Shown here in pieces: positions 1 through 8,916 of a stretch of 64,000 bases of DNA; the stretch's first letter is position 1; every line of letters starts with the position of its first letter. A program made the position numbers and the translations under genes. Origin of the DNA: Chloroflexota bacterium (lineage in GTDB: Bacteria; Chloroflexota; UBA11872; VXOZ01); assembly GCA_963662335.2 (NCBI GenBank), contig CAXXVD010000002.1, positions 256,001-320,000 on the forward strand, given 5' to 3'. The notes below the pieces were generated by a model. The model was given only the letters and a program-made list of their open reading frames with translations. It made no database searches and had not been told where the DNA came from.

Positions 1-184
1 GAGGCTTTGGGATGGTTTCTTGCTTTGGGTCACCGCGATGTTTTCCTTTGCGTCGTGGCTGTGCGCTTGTTCTGTATAGAGATGTGGTTGCGGTCTGCGG
101 CGCGCCGCTGGCGTTGCGTCCGCCTATTCGGGGCGTGCATAGAGGTATATTCAAAAATAACGTAAAAATGAGGGGTAAAAGGGG

Positions 185-213
185 TTGCAATTTTACGAAG
201 TATTTACTATACT
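185..213 (+). promoter_or_regulatory. sigma70-type promoter for lexA-like gene
   Basis: TTGCAA (185-190), 17-bp spacer, TATACT (208-213) in an AT-rich patch upstream of ATG 272. Confidence 0.7.
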
Positions 214-271
214 GGGGAAAACGCGGCGCAGGATACCGCTGAACAGCATCCGGCGAGAAAGGAAGACGCGC

Positions 272-883
272 ATGAAAGAGACCCTTACCGGTAAGCAACG
301 GCAGGTGCTGGCGTTCGTCACGCGCGCGCAGCGGGAAGAGGGGCGCTGGCCCACGCTGGAAGAGATTGCCCGGCACATCGGCGCGCAGACGCCGGCGGCG
401 GCGCACCACCACCTGAAGCGCCTGGAAAGCAAGGGCCGCCTGCGCCGCGCGGCCTGGGGAACCTACGAACTGACGCCCCAGGCGCAGGTTCTGGAGGGCC
501 TGGGCGTGGCGCGCGTGCCGGTGCGCGGCACGATTGCCGCCGGCGCCGGCGTGGAAGCGGTGGAGGCCGTGGAAGACTGGCTCACCGTGGATAGCGTCTT
601 TGCGCGCCACCCGGACGTCTACGCGCTGCGCGTGCAGGGCGACAGCATGGTGGACGCCTGCGTCTGCGACGGCGACCACGTGCTCATCCGTCCCCAACGC
701 GACGCGGAAAACGGCGAGATGGTGGCGGCTCTGCGCGAAGACGGCACCGCCACCCTGAAGAGCCTCCTCCGCGAGGGCGGGCAGGTGTTCCTGGCTCCCG
801 CCAACCCCTACTACCCCACGCTCCCCGGCGACAACATCACCGTGCTGGGCAAGGTGGTGGGCGTGATCCGCGTCTTCGCGTGA
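272..883 (+). CDS. lexA: LexA-family transcriptional repressor (S24 peptidase)
   Basis: N-terminal LTGKQRQVL..PTLEEIA wHTH, IAAG Ala-Gly cleavage site, GDSM catalytic Ser, ATLK catalytic Lys, GKVVGV C-terminus; ATG 272 after AGGAAG. Confidence 0.88.
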   Translation: MKETLTGKQRQVLAFVTRAQREEGRWPTLEEIARHIGAQTPAAAHHHLKRLESKGRLRRAAWGTYELTPQAQVLEGLGVARVPVRGTIAAGAGVEAVEAVEDWLTVDSVFARHPDVYALRVQGDSMVDACVCDGDHVLIRPQRDAENGEMVAALREDGTATLKSLLREGGQVFLAPANPYYPTLPGDNITVLGKVVGVIRVFA

Positions 884-935
884 GGAGGGCGGGGCGTGAT
901 GACAGCGAGAAAGAATCCCGCGCGCGTGGGGTTCC

Positions 936-1262
936 CCCGTTCATCCTTCGACAGGCTCAGGACGAACGGGAGGGGATCCGCCGCCGTAGGGGGATCCGCC
1001 GCTGTAGGGGCGCTTCGCGAAGCGCCCCTACGCGAAAGGAAGCAATACCGCAACGAACCATCACCGTAGCGCGGGGGCTTGCCCCCCGCACGTGTGGCCG
1101 GGGACGCAGGTTGCAAACCTGCGCTACCGGAGTGGCGGAGTGTAGCGCGGGGGCTTGTCCCCCGCACGTGTGGCCGGGGACGCAGGTTGCAAACCTGCGC
1201 TACCGGAGTGGCGGGCCGTAGCGCGGGGGCTTGTCCCCCGCCGGTGCGCCCCTCCGGTGCAC
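936..1262. repeat. REP/BIME-like cluster including a 76-bp tandem REP doublet (1066-1241)
   Basis: GTAGCGCGGGGGCTTGTCCCCCGC at 1066 (one mismatch), 1142 and 1218, alternating with inverted CGCAGGTTGCAAACCTGCGCTAC; also GTAGGGGCGCTTCGCGAAGCGCCCCTAC and CTTCGACAGGCTCAGGACGAACGG. Confidence 0.9.
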
Positions 1263-1305
1263 GCCGGAAACCGTGCCGGATCTAACGTAAAGAGAGGAAA
1301 GCACA

Positions 1306-2049
1306 ATGGCAGTCACCGTGCCTTTGACGCAGCCGGCGCCCATGGCCAAGGCGCCGCCTTTGACGAAACCAACACCTTTGGCGCAAGCGGCGTCCGTGGC
1401 GCCGCCGTCGCGCCGCGCCGGGCCGGCCAGCGGCCCGCGGCAAGGCCCGCCCGACGAACTGTTCGTCACCGTCCAGGCGGCGCAGCAGGGCAACACCACC
1501 GCCCAGATGCTGCTCATGGACCGCCTGCGCCTGCCCATGGAGCGCCAGATTCGGCGTCTCAAGCGCAGTTTCCGCCCGTCGGAGGCCGAAGACGCCCGCC
1601 AGGAGGTGCAGCGCCTCTTCCTGGAGTTGCTCTACGAGTACGACCGCACGCGCAACGGCAATTTCGAAGCCTACATGTGCACCATGCTCAAGTGGCGCGT
1701 GCACAACTTCGGGCGCGCGTCCCGCCGCATCGCGCCGCCGGACCCGGCCCACAACCAGTCGCTCAGCGACGAGATCACCGCCTACCTGGCCGAACAGCGC
1801 CTGCGCGCCGGCAATCCCACCGCCGAACCGGCGGTGCACGCCGAACTCGAGATTGCCCTGCAAGCGCTCACGCCCAAGCAGAAGTCGGTGCTCTTCGCCA
1901 TCTACTGGCAGGACCAGCGCGTGGTGGACGTCGCCGCGCGCATGGGCGTCAGCCCCCAGGCCGTGCGCGCCATCCGCCAACGCGCGGAAAAGATCCTCCG
2001 CCAGCGCCTGGAAGCTGGCGGCGGGGGCGCTCTAAGCGGCGGCAAGTAG
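1306..2049 (+). CDS. sigma70-family alternative sigma factor (regions 2 and 4 only; SigH/ECF-like)
   Basis: AEDARQEV..LF..YD...F..Y region 2 motif; LTPKQKSV..IYWQD..V..VAARMGVS...V region 4 HTH; true start uncertain. Confidence 0.8.
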   Translation: MAVTVPLTQPAPMAKAPPLTKPTPLAQAASVAPPSRRAGPASGPRQGPPDELFVTVQAAQQGNTTAQMLLMDRLRLPMERQIRRLKRSFRPSEAEDARQEVQRLFLELLYEYDRTRNGNFEAYMCTMLKWRVHNFGRASRRIAPPDPAHNQSLSDEITAYLAEQRLRAGNPTAEPAVHAELEIALQALTPKQKSVLFAIYWQDQRVVDVAARMGVSPQAVRAIRQRAEKILRQRLEAGGGGALSGGK

Positions 2050-2124
2050 TCTATAGTATAGGAAGCAACAAGCACGAACCGCCGCAACAGCCAACAGGCG
2101 AGGCCGCCAAAAAGGTTACGAACG

Positions 2125-2799
2125 ATGCAGACATTGCAGCGCACACGGGCAGAAACCCAGGTGGCGCGCACGCGAGACGCCGGCATGGTGGTGATCATTC
2201 GCGGCGTGCCGCCGGCGTGGGCCGTGCCCATCGGCGAGGCGCTGCTGGCGGCGGACGTGGACGTGATGGAGATTACGCTCAATACGCCGCGCGCGTTGGA
2301 GATGATCGCCGCGCTGCGGACTGCGCTGGGCGGGGAGATGGAGATTGGCGCGGGCACGGTGCTCTCGGCGGCCGACGCCCAGCGCGCGTTTGACGCCGGG
2401 GCGGAGTTCTTCGTCGCGCCGCACCTGGATACCGAGGTCGTCGCCTTTGCCAACGACCGCGACTGCATGGTGGCGCCCGGCGCGTTTACGCCCACCGAGG
2501 TCTTTACCGCCCTGCGCGCAGGCGCGGACATCGTCAAAATCTTTCCCGCCAACCACGTCGGGCCGCAATTCCTGGAAGACCTGGCCGGGCCGTACGGCGC
2601 GCTGCCGCTGCTGCCCACCGGCGGCATCACGGTGGAAAACGCCGGCCACTACATTCGCAGCGGCGCGCTGGCGCTGGGCGTCGGCGCACGCCTGCTGGAC
2701 TGGCAGAACCTGGAAGATGACTTCACGCCGGTCACGGCGGCCGCCCGCGCCATGCGCGCGACGATCGCGCAGGCGCGGCAGGAGATGCAAATCCGGTAG
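2125..2799 (+). CDS. eda: KDPG/KHG aldolase family protein
   Basis: MEITLNTP, IGAGTVL, PGAFTPTE, VKIFPA, PTGGIT motifs. Confidence 0.85.
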   Translation: MQTLQRTRAETQVARTRDAGMVVIIRGVPPAWAVPIGEALLAADVDVMEITLNTPRALEMIAALRTALGGEMEIGAGTVLSAADAQRAFDAGAEFFVAPHLDTEVVAFANDRDCMVAPGAFTPTEVFTALRAGADIVKIFPANHVGPQFLEDLAGPYGALPLLPTGGITVENAGHYIRSGALALGVGARLLDWQNLEDDFTPVTAAARAMRATIAQARQEMQIR

Positions 2800-3010
2800 C
2801 GTAGGTTTGCAACCTGCGGTTCTGGGTAGCGCAGGTTTGTAACCTGCGCCCGGCCGCGTCCGCATCTGCCGTAGCGCGGGGGCTTGTCCCCCGCCGGAGC
2901 TATCGAAACTGACACGCAAAGGATTGCCCCAACAGCATCGCAGGTTACAAACCTGCGCTACCAGATAATTCGGAGGCGGGTTTGCAACCTGCGGCCCGGG
3001 TAGCGTAAGG
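2796..3010. repeat. REP cluster (GTAGCGCAGGTTTG-type and GTAGCGCGGGGGCTTG-type)
   Basis: several GTAG-hairpin copies in both orientations directly after the aldolase stop. Confidence 0.85.
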
Positions 3011-3135
3011 CGATAGCCCAGGGCGCGCGGAGAAGATGGAATGCCGCCTGCGCGGGAATTGTAAGTCTTGACTAATTCGTTGACAGAGTAGCTGGACAAG
3101 GCGGGTGACCTGTGTACGACGTTAAGCCGTCTTGC

Positions 3136-3239
3136 TGTCATTCCGAACGAAGCGCAGCGTAGTGAGGAATCTAGGGCGTCAAATGGCTAGAGACTTGCTG
3201 CAAAGCAACCCTAGATTCCTCGCTGCGCTCGGAATGACA
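3136..3239. repeat. inverted REP pair TGTCATTCCGA...GAGGAATCT / AGATTCCTCGCTGCGCTCGGAATGACA
   Basis: long inverted repeat; the same family recurs at ~11412, ~23018 and ~35328. Confidence 0.85.
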
Positions 3240-3365
3240 GCAGCCACCGCCGTTACCTCACGGAAGGCGCAAGCTGTCAACGAATTACCTGACACTTACA
3301 GGAATGACAAGAGGTAGTCCCCACTCCATTGCCGGATCCGCACTTAGAAAGAACACCCACAACCC

Positions 3366-4829
3366 ATGCCGCCCACCTTCAAAGACCTGCGTGAATTCGT
3401 CGCCTTCCTCGAAGAGAAAGGCGAGTTGCAGCGCATTACCGCGCCGGTGGACCCGGAACTTGAGATCACCGAGATCACCGACCGCGTCACCAAGGCCGGC
3501 GGCCCGGCGCTGCTCTTCGAGAACGTGCGGGGTTCGGAGATCCCGCTGCTCATCAACACCTTTGGCTCCGAGCAGCGCACCGCGTGGGCGCTCGGCGCCG
3601 ACGCCTGGGAAGAATTGCCGCAGAAACTGGAAAACCTGCTTGGCATCGCCTTGGGCGGCCCGCCGGAGGGTCTCGCCGCCAAGCTCCAGGCCGGCGGCGA
3701 GTTGCTCAAGCTGGCGCGCATCGCCCCCAAGGTCGTCGACTCCGCCCCCTGCCAGGAGGTGGTGCTCACCGGCGACGACGTAGATCTGAACATGTTGCCC
3801 GTCATCAAGTGCTGGCCGCTGGACGCGGGAAAATACATCACCCTGCCGCTGGTGTGCAGCTACGACCCCAACACCGGCAAGCGCAACGTGGGCTGCTACC
3901 GCATGCAGGTGCTCAGCCGCAACACCACCGCCATGCACTGGCAGCGGCACAAAGGCGGGCGCGAGCACTACGACGACAGCGTCGAGAAGAAGGAACGCCT
4001 GCAACTGGCCGTCGCGCTCGGCGCGGAGCCGGCCGCGGTTTATTCGGGTACCGCGCCGCTGCCCCAGGGCATCGACGAGTTTCTCTTTGCCGGTTTCCTG
4101 CGCGGCGGGCCGGTGCAACTGGTCAAGGGCAAGACCGTGGACGTGATGGTACCCGCCAACAGCGAAATCGTCCTGGAAGGCTACGTTGAGCCCGGCGAAT
4201 ACGCGACCGAAGGGCCGTTTGGCGACCACACCGGCTACTACTCCACCGCCGACCAGTACCCGGTCTTCCACGTCACCGCCATCACGCACCGGCGCGACCC
4301 CATCTACGCCACCATCGTCGTGGGCCGTCCGCCCATGGAAGACATCTACATGGGCAAAGCCACCGAGCGCATGTTCCTGCCGCTGATCAAGCTGATGGCG
4401 CCGGAAGTGGTGGACATCGCGCTGCCGGACGAGGGCGTCTTCCACAACATCGTCTTCGTTTCCATCAAGAAGCGCTTTCCCGGCCACGCGCGCAAGACCA
4501 TGTACTCGCTGTGGAGCCTGCACCAGATGATGTGCGTCAAGTTCATCGTGGTGGTGGACGACGACATCGACGTGCAGGATACGTCGGAGGTCTTGTTCCG
4601 CATGGGCAACAACGTGGACTGGAAGCGGGACACGGTGATCGTGGAAGGGCCGGTGGATTCGCTGGACCACGCCGCGCCGCTGCCGAATTACGGCGGCAAG
4701 ATGGGCGTGGACGCCACCCGCAAGACGGCGGAGGAAGGCTTCACCCGCGAGTGGCCGCCGGACATCGTGATGAGCCCGGAGATAGAGGAGCGGGTGACGC
4801 GCCGCTGGCGGGAGTACTTCAGCGTGTAG
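3366..4829 (+). CDS. ubiD: UbiD-family (menaquinone-biosynthesis type) prFMN decarboxylase
   Basis: DLREF..LE..GEL, RNVGCYRMQ, EIVLEG, EGPFGDHTGYY, GRPPMED, GGKMGVDAT motifs. Confidence 0.92.
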   Translation: MPPTFKDLREFVAFLEEKGELQRITAPVDPELEITEITDRVTKAGGPALLFENVRGSEIPLLINTFGSEQRTAWALGADAWEELPQKLENLLGIALGGPPEGLAAKLQAGGELLKLARIAPKVVDSAPCQEVVLTGDDVDLNMLPVIKCWPLDAGKYITLPLVCSYDPNTGKRNVGCYRMQVLSRNTTAMHWQRHKGGREHYDDSVEKKERLQLAVALGAEPAAVYSGTAPLPQGIDEFLFAGFLRGGPVQLVKGKTVDVMVPANSEIVLEGYVEPGEYATEGPFGDHTGYYSTADQYPVFHVTAITHRRDPIYATIVVGRPPMEDIYMGKATERMFLPLIKLMAPEVVDIALPDEGVFHNIVFVSIKKRFPGHARKTMYSLWSLHQMMCVKFIVVVDDDIDVQDTSEVLFRMGNNVDWKRDTVIVEGPVDSLDHAAPLPNYGGKMGVDATRKTAEEGFTREWPPDIVMSPEIEERVTRRWREYFSV

Positions 4830-4856
4830 CCGTTTGATTGCGAAAGAGCCTAAGCC

Positions 4857-6731
4857 GTGCTGGATACTCTCGGCAGCGCGCCGCACCCCTGGTTGTTTGG
4901 GCCGGCGGCCGTGTTCCTTGGCCTCAGCGTGCTCCTCATTGGGGCGGACTACGTCGTGCGGGGCAGCGCGTGGCTGCAGCAGCGCCTGCTGCGCTGGCGG
5001 TGGACGCGGCCGCTGGTGGTCGCGCTGCGCGTTTCCAGCGCGTGGATCGCGTTCTATCCGGTCGCAGCCACCGTTGCCGTCGCCGCGCTGCTCGTGCAGA
5101 TCAGCCTCTACGCCTCGTTTGGCGGCGAGGCCCCGCTTGAGGCCGCGGCCGGAACCTGGCTCGCGCTGCCCACCAACGCGATCGTGCTCGCCTTTCGCGT
5201 GGATTCCGTCAGCCTGCTCTTCCTCTGGCTGGGCGCGGCCTCGATACTCTGTCATTTGTGGACGCTGCCGGCGGCCCGCCTGCCGCGGGATCAAATGGGA
5301 AGAGCCTACGCCTTCCTGCTCCTGACGCTGTGCGCCTACGGCGGCCTGGTGCTCTCCGAGAATCTGCTCTTCCTCTACGTCTTCTGGGAAGCGTTGGGGT
5401 TGGCCGGCTACTTCCTGGCGGTCTTGCCCCGGGAGGAGCGCCCCCACATCGGCGCGGTGGCGGTGCGTCTGCTCATGATCGGCCACTTCTCCGGCTACGG
5501 CCTGTTGGCGGCCGTGCTCATCATCTCGCGCCGCAGCGACCAGTACCTCTACGGCGACATTCCCGCCGGGGCGTTCGACGCGCTGGTGGTCGGCCTGGTG
5601 CTGGCGGCGGTGGCGGCGCGGGCCGGTTGGCCGCCGTTTCACGGCTGGGCCGCCTCGCTGCGCAGCCATCTGGCGCCGATCTACGCCAACGTAGCGGGCA
5701 TCATGCTGCTGGGCGCCGCCTACGTGGTCGCGCGCTTTCTGGTGCTCTCCGGCCCCGAGCCGTTCGTCGCCTGGTCGCGTCCGCTGCTGGTGGTCGGCGG
5801 CCTCAGCCTGGCGCTCTCGATTGCCGCTATGCTGGCCATGGGCCGGCTGACGTCGCTCCTGGCCGTAAACTGGATTGGCCACGCCGGCCTCATCGCGGTA
5901 GCGGTCGGCGTCGGCACCTATCAAGCCGTTGCCGCCGCGGCGCTCACGCTCTTCAGCGGCAGCGTCGGCATGGCGCTCATGGCGGCGGCGGGACCGCCCC
6001 TCCTGGCGATCCACCGCGGCAGCCAGCGCGCCCTCTGGACGTTGCCGGCGGCCGCGAGCGTCATCGGCATCGCCGCGTTGGCGGGCGTCGTCGTCCCGCT
6101 TAGCGCCGCCTCGCGCTCATTGCTCTTCAGCGCGCTCGAACCGGAGGCGTGGGCCGTCCCCTTGCGCGCGCTGCTCATTCTCTTTGGCATCTTCACCATC
6201 ATCACCTTTGGCCGCTGGATGCAGCGCCTGTTCGTAAACCCGCCGCTCACGTCCGCCCGGCGCGCGGAAGCGCTGCTCGACCAGGGTCATCTGGTGTGGC
6301 TGCTCGCGGCGGCGGGCATCGTCATGGCCGTCTTGCAGTGGCGGCTGCCCGTGCTCGTCTGGCCGGCGGCCGCCACCATCAGCCACGCCGTAGAGTTCGA
6401 CCAGGCCTTGTTCGCGTGGAGCGCCCTCTTGACGGTCAGCACGCTCTCCACCGTGCTGGTGGGCGGTGTTGGCGTCATCGCGGTGCTGCTCGTGCGGCGC
6501 ATGCATCCGCGGGACCGGCGGCAACTCGCCGCCGTCACGCGCACGCTTGGCGGCGCCGCCGACCGGCTCCTGGCGCCGCCGAACAACTTACTCGTCGCCC
6601 TCGGGCGCTGCCTGGCCGCGCTTGGCAGAACGGCGGCCGTGGCGGAGCGCCGCTACTACGTCGCGATCGTCATGCTCTCCCTGCTGGCGCTCTTCATCCT
6701 GCTCCTGGAAACGCAAGGAATCGCCCAGTGA
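4857..6731 (+). CDS. proton-conducting transporter membrane subunit (NuoL/MrpA/HyfB-like, divergent)
   Basis: many TM segments; NLLFLYVFWEALGLAGYFL and AGWPPFHGW motifs of the Proton_antipo_M family. Confidence 0.75.
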   Translation: MLDTLGSAPHPWLFGPAAVFLGLSVLLIGADYVVRGSAWLQQRLLRWRWTRPLVVALRVSSAWIAFYPVAATVAVAALLVQISLYASFGGEAPLEAAAGTWLALPTNAIVLAFRVDSVSLLFLWLGAASILCHLWTLPAARLPRDQMGRAYAFLLLTLCAYGGLVLSENLLFLYVFWEALGLAGYFLAVLPREERPHIGAVAVRLLMIGHFSGYGLLAAVLIISRRSDQYLYGDIPAGAFDALVVGLVLAAVAARAGWPPFHGWAASLRSHLAPIYANVAGIMLLGAAYVVARFLVLSGPEPFVAWSRPLLVVGGLSLALSIAAMLAMGRLTSLLAVNWIGHAGLIAVAVGVGTYQAVAAAALTLFSGSVGMALMAAAGPPLLAIHRGSQRALWTLPAAASVIGIAALAGVVVPLSAASRSLLFSALEPEAWAVPLRALLILFGIFTIITFGRWMQRLFVNPPLTSARRAEALLDQGHLVWLLAAAGIVMAVLQWRLPVLVWPAAATISHAVEFDQALFAWSALLTVSTLSTVLVGGVGVIAVLLVRRMHPRDRRQLAAVTRTLGGAADRLLAPPNNLLVALGRCLAALGRTAAVAERRYYVAIVMLSLLALFILLLETQGIAQ

Positions 6732-7321
6732 GTTGGGAAGCCCTGATCCTCGTGCTCGTGCTTGCCGGGGCCGCCACGGTGCTGGCGGCGCAGTGGTGGC
6801 TGCCCGCATTCGGCGGCCTGATCGCCACCTACGTGGGCACCGCGTTGCTGCTCATGGCCTACACCGGCACGGTGGTAGCGGTGACGCGCATCATCATCGG
6901 CTTTACCGTCGCCACGATGCTGGCGGTGGCGCTCTGGATGGAGCGGAAACGGCCGTTGCAAAATCAAGCCCTGTTCGCGACTCCCACCCTCGCGGGCGTC
7001 GCCGCGCTCAGCATCCTGGCGGCCTACGCGTTGGCCGAGCGCATGCCGTCGCTGATAGACCCGATCGCCGCCATGGCGGCCGCCGCCGTGCTGCTGCTGG
7101 GCTTCTTTACCGTCGTGCTGCGCACCAGCATCTTCGGCCTCAGCATGGGCGTGCTGCTCATCGTCAACGGGCTGGACTTCATCATCTGCCTCTTCCTGGG
7201 CGAGCAAGGCATGGCGCTGCTAACGGTGGAAGGCTTGGTGCCGGTCGGGGTGACGTTCCTGGTAACGCTGGTGCAGATCATAGACTTCGAGGGCTTAGTG
7301 GAGCGCGATGCTCGCGGATAG
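6728..7321 (+). CDS. small polytopic membrane protein (HyfE/NuoK-like position)
   Basis: GTG 6728 overlaps upstream TGA (GTGA); ~6 TM helices; C-terminal LLLLGFF..VLR..I..LSMGVLLIVNGL resembles NuoK/HyfE. Confidence 0.6.
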   Translation: MSWEALILVLVLAGAATVLAAQWWLPAFGGLIATYVGTALLLMAYTGTVVAVTRIIIGFTVATMLAVALWMERKRPLQNQALFATPTLAGVAALSILAAYALAERMPSLIDPIAAMAAAAVLLLGFFTVVLRTSIFGLSMGVLLIVNGLDFIICLFLGEQGMALLTVEGLVPVGVTFLVTLVQIIDFEGLVERDARG

Positions 7322-8699
7322 TGTGCTCATCACGCCGTTGCACCTGCTGCTCGTCCCGTTGGGCGCGGCCGGGTTGGCGCTGCTCGCGCGCCGCTGGTCG
7401 GCGCTCGCCGGCATCGTCGCCCTTGCCGCCCTTGTCGTTACGCTCGCCCTGGGTTTCGCCGTGAACACGCAGTCGGCAAGCCCCATTCTCACGCTCGCCT
7501 TGCAGCTTGACGCCAGGGTGCGCGTGCCGATGCTCGCCTTCCTCGCGTTGGTCGCGCTCACGCTCGTGTTCCACCTCATACGCGACCAAGGCGAGTTCTT
7601 CCCCGCCACCGCGTGCCTCGTCGGCGCGTTCATCGCCGCCGCGGCGCTCCTCTACTCCCGCTACGTGGTTACGGCGGCCGTGCTCCAGTTGGCGTACGTC
7701 GTGGCGGCGATGGGCATCCTGGGACGGACGCCCACGCGCCAGGTTGGCGTCACGGTAATCCGCTACGCGCTCATGATGACCCTCGGCGGCGCGCTCGTCG
7801 TCCTGGGCCTGCTGTTGGTAGACGAATACCGCATCAGTCCGGAGACGGAGGTGAGCGTGCGGCTGATTGCCGCCATGCTCTCGGTGGGATTTGGCACGCT
7901 GCTTGCCGCCGCGCCGCTCTACTTCTGGCTGCCCGACGTGGCCTACCGCGCGCCGGTGATGGGATTCGCCCTCATTGCCGGGGTCCTCCACGTGGTGACC
8001 ACCGCCTTCCTGGTCTCCGTGTTGGGCGCTTTTCCGTGGCTTACCGGCGACCTGGAACTCAACGCGCTCGTGGCCCTGGGCGGATTGGCGACGATCGTGC
8101 TCGGCGCGCTGCTGGCCTACGGCGCGAACGACCTGCGCGGGCTGCTGGGCTACTCCACGGTGAGCGCCAGCGGCTTCATCGTGCTGGGGGTCGCCTCGCG
8201 CTCGGCGCTGGCCGTGGCCGGCGCGCTCTACCAGACGTTGGCAATGGCCGTGGCGCTCTTCTTGCTCAGCATCCTGATTGGCGTGATCGAAGAGCGCCTG
8301 GGCGGCGTCACGTTTGCGCAGATTAGCGGCCTCACCGCGCGCGCGCCGCTGCTGACGCTGGCCTTCGTGGTGGGCAGTTTCTCCATCGTCGGCGTGCCGG
8401 GCTTCGGCGCCTTTCCCGGGCGCTGGTTGGTCTTCCAGGCCGCTTCCCAACAAGGCGAGTGGTTTCTCTTCACCTTGCTGGCGGGCAGCGGCTTGCTGAT
8501 GCTCGCCTACGCGCGCGCCCTCCGCGCCTGCCTGCGGCCGGTGCAGATTCCGGGCCGCATTCGCCCCTTCTCCCGCGCCGGTTCCATCCTGGCCCTCCTG
8601 CTCGCCGTCGCGTGCTTCGCCCTGGGCCTCTACCCGTCACCCATCTTTGCCGCCATTCTCGAGCTTGTCAAAGATCTCGGTTTCGTGCGCGTGGTCTAG
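7308..8699 (+). CDS. proton-conducting transporter membrane subunit (NuoN/MrpD-like, divergent)
   Basis: AAAPLYFWLPDVAYRAP, DLRGLLGYSTVS..GFI, SIVGVPGFGAFPGRW motifs. Confidence 0.8.
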   Translation: MLADSVLITPLHLLLVPLGAAGLALLARRWSALAGIVALAALVVTLALGFAVNTQSASPILTLALQLDARVRVPMLAFLALVALTLVFHLIRDQGEFFPATACLVGAFIAAAALLYSRYVVTAAVLQLAYVVAAMGILGRTPTRQVGVTVIRYALMMTLGGALVVLGLLLVDEYRISPETEVSVRLIAAMLSVGFGTLLAAAPLYFWLPDVAYRAPVMGFALIAGVLHVVTTAFLVSVLGAFPWLTGDLELNALVALGGLATIVLGALLAYGANDLRGLLGYSTVSASGFIVLGVASRSALAVAGALYQTLAMAVALFLLSILIGVIEERLGGVTFAQISGLTARAPLLTLAFVVGSFSIVGVPGFGAFPGRWLVFQAASQQGEWFLFTLLAGSGLLMLAYARALRACLRPVQIPGRIRPFSRAGSILALLLAVACFALGLYPSPIFAAILELVKDLGFVRVV

Positions 8700-8796
8700 G
8701 CCGCAAGCAAGATTGCCCCTTCGCCATGTAGAAAGCGCCGGTCCGCGGGCATGACTGCGTAACGCGGGAACGTCGGGGCAACGCGGGCACGACGGT

Positions 8797-8901
8797 GTAG
8801 CGCGGGGGCTTGTCCCCCGCCTCTTGGCCGCGCCGCCGCCGTTGCCCCTTCGACGCGGCTCAGGGCGAACGGCGGCGACTCTCCGCTCACGGCGAACGGC
8901 G
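8797..8901. repeat. REP cluster
   Basis: GTAGCGCGGGGGCTTGTCCCCCGC at 8797 plus CTTCGACGCGGCTCAGGGCGAACGG. Confidence 0.75.
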
Positions 8902-8916
8902 ACGGCGCCAATACCC

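Noticed and set aside
1066-1241. Possible CRISPR array
   Set aside because: The intervening sequences are near-identical rather than unique spacers, the repeats are dispersed REPs, and no cas genes are present
880-1306. Short ORFs containing GDKPPRY, QVANLRY or VARGLVPR peptides (also near 2649, 10188, 17985, 42069, 44471)
   Set aside because: These are translations of REP repeats, not genes
3285-6014. 909-aa minus-strand ORF and many other long antisense ORFs (e.g. 49146-50756, 57798-59420, 59997-61550)
   Set aside because: Shadow ORFs opposite well-supported genes in high-GC DNA, with no recognisable motifs
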